In this document: positions 9,663 to 17,446 of the stretch, piece after piece
How positions within the stretch are numbered: position 1 is the first letter of the stretch
Layout of the letters: every line of letters starts with the position of its first letter
Notes under the pieces: generated by a model
The model's database searches: none
Told to the model about the DNA's origin: nothing
The model's input: the letters and a program-made list of their open reading frames with translations, nothing else
Position numbers and translations under genes: made by a program
NCBI GenBank assembly: GCA_963836175.1
Contig: CAWIIS010000008.1
Location: 148,838-212,837, forward strand
Source: Nitrospirota bacterium
Lineage (GTDB): Bacteria > Nitrospirota > UBA9217
Direction: 5' to 3'
DNA length: 64,000 nt

Positions 9663-11264
9663 ATGGCTAATTTACGGGTACTCTACATCGATGCAGGCGG
9701 GTGGTACGGCGGCCAAAAGAATTTAGCCGGCAAAGACTTGGATCCATTGTTCCCCACCACTACATTTGTTCTGATTGCCCATGACAGCGTAGCCCTCTGT
9801 TCCTTCAATCACATTCCGGGAGGGTGGAGGTGGTCGGGTCCATCCCTTACTCCAGGGGAAATGACGTCAGTTACGAGGAGAGGGTCCGGACTGTGGATGG
9901 AAAACTGGATATTCAAATTCCTTGATACGATGATGGGGACCAAGCTGGGAAAGCAGCTCCCGCAGCCAGACCTGATCGGGCTCCACCAGCATATTCTCAA
10001 TTTTGAACGGTTTGCCCCCGGGACATTCTTTGAAGCAACCGGCCCGAAAAAGCTCGTGGTGCTGATCCCCGACCTGCACCTCTCCTATTTCAAGGACAGC
10101 GCGCTGGACAATTTTGTTACAGATTATGAAGAAGTCAGACTGAGGGGCCGGCATCGTGACGAGTACGCATTCGCTCGTCTGAAAAAGCGACGCTCGCTCG
10201 AGATCGAATTTGGTCAGTTTTTGGAAACAATATCGATTTTAAGTAAAGCCAATCCAAAAAGCATCGAAGTCTCATTTCTGGGAGACGTATACGAACTCTG
10301 GGAAACCCGTGCAATGGCAAGATGGTTCCAGAATTACAAGCCAGACAATGAACAGAATTTGATAGCACTGCTGCGGACAGTGAACGATATAATAAATCCG
10401 CTGGTAAAGGCAGTCAATCCGGCAGCAGCATTAGACTTGAACGATTACGCGGGCCGGTTTTCTGCATCGTTGGGCCATTACCAAGGCATTCTGTATAACC
10501 CCGACATTTTGAACACGGCCTTGAATCCTATCCAGGCAGACGTTGCCCAATTGATTGCCTCCAGCCACAAGGGGGAGAACGGGAAGACATTTCTCGACTA
10601 TTTCAATGAGATGTTCAGCAATCCGTTGCCCTTCGGGGCCGGATCGCCGCTTGGAGCGACGTGGCGTATAATCGGGAATCACGATAATCTGCTGGTGAAC
10701 GACACGAGTATTCTTGGATACAATTTCATACCGAAACCGTTCAATGTGGACGAGTTCGGCAAGTATCCCGAAAGGGGGGCTGATATGCAAAGAAATGGCC
10801 GAACCCCCTTTTTATATCTGGAGCGGCGATTCAACAGGTCACTCATCTGGGGCCTACATGGACACGAGTTGGATAATTTCAATAAAAACTCATCCTGCGG
10901 CCTGGGCTATTATCTTACGTTTCTTAATGCGCTGAGTGAAGTCAAGGGGCTTGGCGACGAGATCAAAGCGTTTGAACCTTCTCTTATCCCGCCTGAGGTC
11001 AACAGAAAAGCGTACACGACAAAGTATCTGACCTTGCTTGCACAAAAAGAACGAGATCTCGACAGTCTGCGTGTGGTCCTGCTTATCCAAGCCCATACCC
11101 ACAAGCATCATTGGGAAGATTTGAGCTCCAGATTCGAACAGGAGCGCAGCGACTTGCGACGTAGCCAGCCGGACGATCGGTATCTCAAGCTGAACGATCT
11201 GGGCAAGATCGTGCAGAACCAGCTGAAATCAGCGGCAGAAGAATGGCTTTATGATCCTACTTAG
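9663..11264 (+). CDS. Calcineurin-like metallophosphoesterase with a ~130-aa unknown N-terminal domain
   Basis: Ordered motifs: IPDLHL (DxH), LGDVYELWE (GD..), IGNHDN (GNHD), LHGHE, AHTHKH (GHxH-like). Starts 21 nt after the upstream large gene. GGAAAAGAA-type RBS. Confidence 0.75.
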   Translation: MANLRVLYIDAGGWYGGQKNLAGKDLDPLFPTTTFVLIAHDSVALCSFNHIPGGWRWSGPSLTPGEMTSVTRRGSGLWMENWIFKFLDTMMGTKLGKQLPQPDLIGLHQHILNFERFAPGTFFEATGPKKLVVLIPDLHLSYFKDSALDNFVTDYEEVRLRGRHRDEYAFARLKKRRSLEIEFGQFLETISILSKANPKSIEVSFLGDVYELWETRAMARWFQNYKPDNEQNLIALLRTVNDIINPLVKAVNPAAALDLNDYAGRFSASLGHYQGILYNPDILNTALNPIQADVAQLIASSHKGENGKTFLDYFNEMFSNPLPFGAGSPLGATWRIIGNHDNLLVNDTSILGYNFIPKPFNVDEFGKYPERGADMQRNGRTPFLYLERRFNRSLIWGLHGHELDNFNKNSSCGLGYYLTFLNALSEVKGLGDEIKAFEPSLIPPEVNRKAYTTKYLTLLAQKERDLDSLRVVLLIQAHTHKHHWEDLSSRFEQERSDLRRSQPDDRYLKLNDLGKIVQNQLKSAAEEWLYDPT

Positions 11265-11453
11265 AAGTCTGTCGGGGAACAAAATCTAGAACTATTGGGG
11301 AATATTGGGGTCAGACTTTAGAATTGACATTCTGTCTCTTCTCGGAGAGCTACGAAAATCTATAGAGGACACTCATAGGTCTTGCGGCTTGACAAATTGT
11401 ATTTTGTGGAGTTTAAAGGTCACGGACGAATCAAAAAAATGCATTAGCGATGC

Positions 11454-11486
11454 AAGGACCGCCGCCATGTCCCTTGAATTCTGGCT
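11454..11486 (+). repeat. Left copy of 33-bp direct repeat flanking the toxin-antitoxin pair
   Basis: AAGGACCGCCGCCATGTCCCTTGAATTCTGGCT. 30/33 identical to 12242..12274. Confidence 0.85.
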
Positions 11487-11576
11487 CATCTATACGGCGG
11501 GGTTCAGGGTCCAGTGCATGGCGGACGTATGCCCATGATGAACTCGTAAGCCGCGTTAAGGCCGGCCTCGCAACTT

Positions 11577-11882
11577 TTACACGATGTCTTCGAGATGACG
11601 TGATCCATGAAGAACACAGTGTATTTCGACGAGGGGACCCCGTACCTTATAGAAAACGAGATAGGCTTCAATGACGAGCACACGATAGCCGGAGGCCTGA
11701 AGTTTATCGTGTTTCGGGATGCGGCCGGGAAAAGGGTGCGTTGCAAGACGGGCGATTCGTTTGTCAAATTTATCCGTAAAGGAAGCGGCCCGTGCGGGAC
11801 TGTCTGCCGCGATCCAGTCCGAGATGGAGAGAAGATCGTCAACGGCAATGGGAAGATAGCGGATAACGTATTTATCCGGCAT
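11577..11882 (-). CDS. ParE/RelE-superfamily type II toxin
   Basis: 101 aa, overlaps the upstream antitoxin gene by 11 nt. Typical ParE-like layout (YLPIAVDDLLSISDWIA...RFTDKFDKRIARLATHPFPGR...YRVLVIEAYLVFYKV). Confidence 0.8.
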   Translation of the reverse strand: MPDKYVIRYLPIAVDDLLSISDWIAADSPARAASFTDKFDKRIARLATHPFPGRIPKHDKLQASGYRVLVIEAYLVFYKVRGPLVEIHCVLHGSRHLEDIV

Positions 11883-12141
11883 GGCTGCGCTGCCGAAGTT
11901 TCTGCATCACCTGCGCATGGGTAATGCCCTTTTCTCCGGACGCGGCCTGCGACTGGGCCACGGCAAGCTTTTCGAAAAGGTCTAACCTGGCGTTCAGCTT
12001 TTCAAAGTGTTCAATGCTCATGACAACCAGGTCACCCTCTCCATTGGTGGTGAGGTAGACCGGTTCATCCTGGTCATGGCAGATCGATGCAATCTCGCGT
12101 GTTTTGTTACGAAGGCTTGATATGGGTTTAATGATCGGCAT
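11872..12141 (-). CDS. Phd/YefM-family antitoxin
   Basis: 89 aa. MPIIKPISSLRNKTREIASICHDQDEPVYLTTNGEGDLVVMSIEHFEKL is a classical Phd/YefM N-terminus. Sits upstream of and overlaps the toxin. Confidence 0.85.
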   Translation of the reverse strand: MPIIKPISSLRNKTREIASICHDQDEPVYLTTNGEGDLVVMSIEHFEKLNARLDLFEKLAVAQSQAASGEKGITHAQVMQKLRQRSHAG

Positions 12142-12241
12142 GATTATCTCCTTGCTTGGTTTTTATGCTATCACCATATAATGATAAAATCAAGAGTAAA
12201 TATTGAGTAAATCTGGAACAGCAGAACATCGCTCACCAGGA

Positions 12242-12274
12242 AAGGACCGCAGTCATGTCCCTTGAATTCTGGCT
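12242..12274 (+). repeat. Right copy of 33-bp direct repeat flanking the toxin-antitoxin pair
   Basis: AAGGACCGCAGTCATGTCCCTTGAATTCTGGCT. Confidence 0.85.
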
Positions 12275-12327
12275 GACGTTGAACAGCTTGGGGCGTTGTT
12301 TCCCCGGAGCGTTGTAAGGAGCGAAAC

Positions 12328-13200
12328 ATGCGAAGCATCGCAGTGGCTGTGTTCCTGATATTTTTTCTGACGCCGTCTTTGTCGCAGGCCGCATTCTTTA
12401 CGTGGACCGACAGCTCCGGGAGGGAATGGTATGTCGATGAAATAGAAAAGGTGCCGCCGGAATATCGCGGCCAGGCGAAAAATCTGTCGCAGACCAACGG
12501 CGAGGTGAACGTCGGGAATACCGTCCGAAAAGACGTACGACCCGGCGTTCCTTCTGTCCCGCACGCGGACAGCTCCGGAAGGGGAGAAAGCTTTTGGAGG
12601 GGCCAGGCCGATGAGCTGCGCAGACAGATCCGGCTGGAGGAAGACAGCATCGCTTTCTTCAAAGAGAAACGGGCGGATTGCGAAGAGTCGCAAAAGAACA
12701 TCGTCGGCCGCAGAAGAGACTGCTCCAGGTTGTACGGAGAAAACCAAAAGCGCTCGGAATGGCGTATCCAGCAGCTCAGGACCAAACTGGACGTCGATCT
12801 ACCGGAGGACGTCAGAAAGGCCGGAGCTTACCCCGGCTGGCTGCGGAAACAGGAACCGACGGCCGGGCCCGCCACCCGGACCGCGGCGGGGAGCATCACG
12901 ACAGGCCCGCATCTCGACAACTTCGGGAGAGGGGAGCGTTGGTGGAGGGACCAGGCCGACGACCTGCGCAGAAAAATCCGTGTGGAGCAGGACAATCTGG
13001 CTTACTACAACGAACGGGAAAACGCATGCGTGGAAGAGCAAAAGAGCTCTGTCGGCTGCAGAAAGAATTGCGCGCTGATGTTCCAGTCATTGAAGCAATA
13101 TGTCGAGCGCAAGATCAAGCAGTTCAGGACGCGCCTTGAAGTCGAACTGCCGGAAGAAGCGAGGAAGGCGAATGCTTACTCCGGCTGGGTGCGGGAATGA
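12328..13200 (+). CDS. Secreted protein with internal ~95-aa duplication (DUF4124-like N-terminus)
   Basis: Signal peptide MRSIAVAVFLIFFLTPSLSQA. FFTWTDSSGREWYVD start. Two repeats: SGRGESFWRGQADELRRQIRLEEDSIAFF...AGAYPGWLR and FGRGERWWRDQADDLRRKIRVEQDNLAYY...ANAYSGWVRE. Confidence 0.65.
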   Translation: MRSIAVAVFLIFFLTPSLSQAAFFTWTDSSGREWYVDEIEKVPPEYRGQAKNLSQTNGEVNVGNTVRKDVRPGVPSVPHADSSGRGESFWRGQADELRRQIRLEEDSIAFFKEKRADCEESQKNIVGRRRDCSRLYGENQKRSEWRIQQLRTKLDVDLPEDVRKAGAYPGWLRKQEPTAGPATRTAAGSITTGPHLDNFGRGERWWRDQADDLRRKIRVEQDNLAYYNERENACVEEQKSSVGCRKNCALMFQSLKQYVERKIKQFRTRLEVELPEEARKANAYSGWVRE

Positions 13201-13266
13201 CCATGTTCCCATTCAAATATCGCAGGGTCCGGTAAGATGAGATCGGCCTCGACAAAAGGAGATGAT

Positions 13267-14129
13267 ATGCAAAAAATGATATTGATGGTTCTGCTGCTCG
13301 CCACGACGGTTTCGCCTGCTTTCGCCAGCGGCGGTGATTGTCCCGACCTTCCGGCGAATCAGCAGGAGCTGGCAGCTTTCCAGTCAGCCTACAGTGCGGC
13401 AAAGGCGGCAGTGCCTCCGGCACCAGGGACTGGGTCATGAAGGACGACACTGCGGCGGGCCTCGGGACGACCGTGCCGAAATGTCCGAAAAGCTCCAACG
13501 ACACGCCCATCTTCTATTGGCTCAGGTTCACGTATGCATACAGCACCGAAGCCTCGGACCGTGCGGACCAGAATGCGGTCAGCGACGCCATGAAGGGGAC
13601 CCCGGAGCAGCAGGCGAAACTGGCGGAACTGGACCGGAAGATCGACGCTTTGGAAGATGCAAAAAAGGAAGCGCGCAAAAACAACGACTCGGCCGCGAAA
13701 AACCGGATCAGGGAGGAAGTCAGCGCCGCGAAGGCGGAAAGAAACAAGATCAAAGATGTGATCACCAAAGCCTATGTGGAGCGGGCCATGTCAGGGCAAC
13801 TGTCCCAGGACATGAACAAGACCAAACCTGACCGCGAGGATGCGGAGTTGATCATCAAGGTCAATGAAGACCATGCCTGGATCCCGGTCCGTGACCAGCC
13901 GGTGTCGATTGCCGGCGCTTCGCAGGCGTATTGGTGCAAGGGGGACAACAACGGAGGCCGCCTCGTGATCCTGCTCGGCGTTTGGGATACAAACTTCAAG
14001 TCGGACCTTGCCAGGACTTCGATTGTTACCAAGGCGCAGAATATGATCATCGAGATCAACGCCGATCGGCAGATGGCCGAGACCCTGGCGCGGCAAATAA
14101 AGCTCGACCTGTTGAAAAAGCAGCTCTAG
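13267..14129 (+). CDS. Secreted coiled-coil protein, unknown function (frame break near 13410-13430)
   Basis: AGGAG RBS plus MQKMILMVLLLATTVSPAFA signal in ORF 13237..13440. The body continues in ORF 13338..14129. Confidence 0.5.
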
Positions 14130-14165
14130 CTCCGCCGGTGGGCCCGTTTTTGATAGAGGAGCGTT

Positions 14166-14821
14166 ATGTTGAAAAAATTGGAGCAGAAACTTCAAAGCAT
14201 GGCCGCTGAAATCAAGAAATACGATCCTTCAGGTTTTGGAGACCCGATTGCCATGCAGACGGAGTGGACGTCCTCACTGGGCGGACCATCCGCTGATAAA
14301 CTGGTCAAAGTCTCTTCCGCGAGACTGGAATTCCGGGCATCCCTCGCCGGCAAGCTGGTTTTTCTTTTTTTTACCTTGACCGGCTTGGGAATCGTGGTCG
14401 GCTTCTCTCTCTACAAGCTTTCGCACGGGGGGCTGTCCTTCGATAACGACACGATCGTGCCTCTCTTGATCGGCCTTGCTTTTACGCTCGCGGGAAGCCT
14501 TATGCTGTATTCCATCACGGCCCCCGTCGTTTTTGACAAGCGCAACGGGTTCTTCTGGAAGGGGCGAAAGGCCCCGGATGAGGTCAGTGACAGGAAGACG
14601 ATTACGCATTGCGCGAAGCTTGAAGATATCCACGCCTTGCAGCTCATCTCCTATGTGTGCGCGGCCCGAAAACGCGCTCGCACTACCGATATGAATTGAA
14701 CCTTGTCCTGAAAGACGCCAGGCGCATCTACCTCGTCCTTGATGACAAGAAGGACAAGGTCAGGGAAGACGCGCGTACGCTTTCTCAATTTTTGGACAAA
14801 CCTGTATGGGATGCCATATGA
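14166..14821 (+). CDS. Two-TM membrane protein, unknown function (frame break near 14655-14665)
   Basis: ORF 14166..14699 has two hydrophobic helices. The third frame continues as VRGPKTRSHYRYELNLVLKDARRIYLVLDDKKDKVREDARTLSQFLDKPVWDAI to a stop at 14821. Confidence 0.5.
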
Positions 14822-15155
14822 ACGTATGTAAATAGTTTTGGATCTTCAGGCTTTCATGTGGGCGGAACAAGCGCCTATATGATTTATTAAGCAGTATTTG
14901 CGCCATTCTTCGCGTTTTCTGTCACCTTTCTTGCTTGCCCAAGAAAGGTAACCGAAAGAAGGGCACCCGGCGGAAATCTTTAACGGCATGCTCGGTCGTC
15001 CTTCGGTACATTTCAGAAACTCGCCCTTCGGGCTCAGACAGTCTGAAATGTTTAACCCTACGGACTCGGTTGCATGCCTAGATTTTCGCATGGGATTACC
15101 CACACAAAACCCGGATCCATATTTTTTACATTCTCGTTCTGATAAAGGAGAAAAA

Positions 15156-15838
15156 ATGAGAGCAGGTTGCTTTTCCGTGTTCAGAAGAATCATCGTTTCT
15201 CTGGTTTTCGCAGTACTGGCATGCGGTTTGATTTCTTTTGGCGTTTCCGCTGTCATCGCAGCAGAGAATCCCGCGAGCTCCGAGTTCAAGGACCCTTACA
15301 ACGGCGGCATAAAGCTTCCGAACGGAGGCGGAGAACCAGGCGGTGCATATATGGCATTTATCAAAGCCTTGTACAGCAAGGATCATATGCGAATCTGTAA
15401 ATTGATGGCCGAGCCCGCTGACGTGCCCAATGTCTTCAGCAAAAGCAAGCCCTGGACAGCACCATCGCGATGTTCACCCAGCCCCAAAGCCATAAGGTTC
15501 TCGGCGGGTTCATGAAAGGAGAAGAGGCAACGCTCAATGTCGAGTACAAGCATAAGGGGGCGCCTGAAAATACCGGGTTTGTTGTAATGAAAAAGGTCAA
15601 AAACAGATGGGTCATGTCGTCTTCCGGAGGCTCGGGGTCCTCGAACATCAGCGCAGAGGCAAGCGCTACTACGGACCTGGCCAGCGGCTCAACAACGGCG
15701 AGTGCCAGTGCCGGGCAATCGCCCGAAGCGGAATATACAGGTCCTGCGTATGGCAAATGGGAGTTCAAAGGACAGGACGATAAGAAAGTTATCTGGACAG
15801 GAACTCTTATGGTCAGAGAAGATGAGGTGAAAGTGTGA
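15156..15838 (+). CDS. Secreted hypothetical protein (frame break near 15440-15480)
   Basis: AAGGAG RBS. The MRAGCFSVFRRIIVSLVFAVLACGLISFGVSAVIAA signal/anchor is in ORF 14988..15515. Continues in 15470..15838. Confidence 0.45.
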
Positions 15839-16474
15839 TGCTGGAGATGGCTAACGAAAATGATGGGTCGAAAGGGCGCGGAGCACCCTGTAAGTGGAAT
15901 CCGGCTAAACGGGAAGTTTCGTTTGGCGGTCCCAAGGGTTCAAAGGAATTCTGTCAACTGACGGCAAAAGAATAACGCAGGGCACGTGGATTGAGGGGGA
16001 CGAGGACTATTATACCAAAAAAGTAACTATACTGGGAACCGGGACCTGGTCGGCTGTCTTTACAGGGAATGTCAGTGCAGCGGCAAGCGGACAGGCTGAT
16101 CCCGGATCTGCGTCCGCTCCGAATCCGCCGGGGCCGCCAATGCCGGCGCGGACCCCGAGTTCGCCGTCATTCAGATATCACCAAACATAGAGGAATACAC
16201 CGGCAAGTGCCCGGTCAGTATCACCTATACTGCGGACATCACGTTCAAGATGCCCCTGCCCGATAAATTTTCCTACCGCTGGGAGCGCAGCGATGGAAAA
16301 AAGACCAGGGATAGGGTCGTAAAACCGCCGCGCAACGGTCACATGTCCATCAGGGAAAACTGGAGAGGCGGGAAGCCGGGAGAGAAACACGATGTCTCGA
16401 TGAGGTTCGTTGCCGAGTCGGGCGGCGCGCAGATGGTACTGGATCCGCCGGGCGCCAAGGTGAAATGTAAATAA
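15838..16474 (+). CDS. Hypothetical protein, at least 2 frame breaks
   Basis: ATG overlaps the previous stop (TGATG). Three frame pieces read through to ...FKMPLPDKFSYRWERSDGKKTRDRVVKPP...GAKVKCK. Confidence 0.35.
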
Positions 16475-16526
16475 AGGTTGGCGTAGCAGAGAGTGTGTGG
16501 GTTGGGCTTATTACAGGGAGGCAATA

Positions 16527-17365
16527 ATGATGAAAAAAAGTGTGATCATGTTTCTGGGCCTGTTCTTTATCATGACAAGTGTCGGTCTTTTTAGTGCGGC
16601 AGCCGAACAGGATGCAAAAGGAGGAAAGGACCATCCCCTGCTGTCGAGGATGCCAGACTTCTTTATATATCTGTACAGGGATAACGATTTCGACAGTCAC
16701 AAATTTAGGGATAAGGACGGCAAGCCGGATTCCGGTCGAAGGCCACCATTATCGTATAAAGTACGTTCTCAACAAGGGCGCAGCACAGCCAGGGAAGCTT
16801 AAGATCATGAGGAACATCCAGAACGCCCTTACCAAGATCGGGGGCAAGGTTCTTCACGAGGACAGCCACACTTCGACGATCATGCTCCAGAAGGACGGCA
16901 GGGAAACATGGGTCGAGGTAAAGCCGTGGCAGACTGGATACGAACTTTTTATCGTCGAAAAAGAAGCGATGAAGCAGGAAGTAGTTGCTGATGCTGCTGC
17001 GATGGGCAACGACATCAACGCGACCGGCCACGTTTCGGTATACGGCATATACTTCGACACCGGGAAGTCGGAGGTCAAGCCCGAATCCGACGCCGCGCTC
17101 TCGGAGATCGCAAAACTCCTTAAGAACGATGGAGCGCTGAAACTCTACGTGGTAGGCCATACCGACAACGTGGGATCCTTCGAATCCAACATGAAATTAT
17201 CGAAAGACCGTGCGGATGCAGTGGTAAAGGCCTTGTCCGGAGAAATACGCAATAGCTGCTGCGCGCTTGAAGCCCCATGGCGTTGCCTCCCTTTCACCCG
17301 TTACATCGAACGACACGGAAGAAGGAAAGGCAAAGAACCGGCGGGTGGAATTGGTCAAACAGTGA
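16527..17365 (+). CDS. OmpA-family (peptidoglycan-binding) protein, at least 2 frame breaks
   Basis: Signal MMKKSVIMFLGLFFIMTSVGLFSAAA. OmpA_C block GHVSVYGIYFDTGKSEVKPESDAALSEIAKLLKNDGALKLYVVGHTDNVGSFESNMKLSKDRADAVVKAL. The last piece ends ...NRRVELVKQ. Confidence 0.7.
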
Positions 17366-17446
17366 TGAAGTTGAGTCCTTCCCTGACCCCGATCGGGTAC
17401 AGACTGACATCATCTTTAATAGAGCCGGTATTATCGGAGGAGCCTC

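Noticed and set aside
11305-11924. Plus-strand ORFs 11305..11538, 11450..11674 and 11607..11924
   Set aside because: They have no RBS, they overlap each other, and 11607..11924 is antisense to the well-supported ParE-like gene. The only notable content is the 33-bp repeat, reported separately.
12171-12785. 204-aa and 164-aa minus-strand ORFs
   Set aside because: They are antisense to the signal-peptide-bearing gene 12328..13200, run across the 33-bp repeat, and have low-complexity composition.
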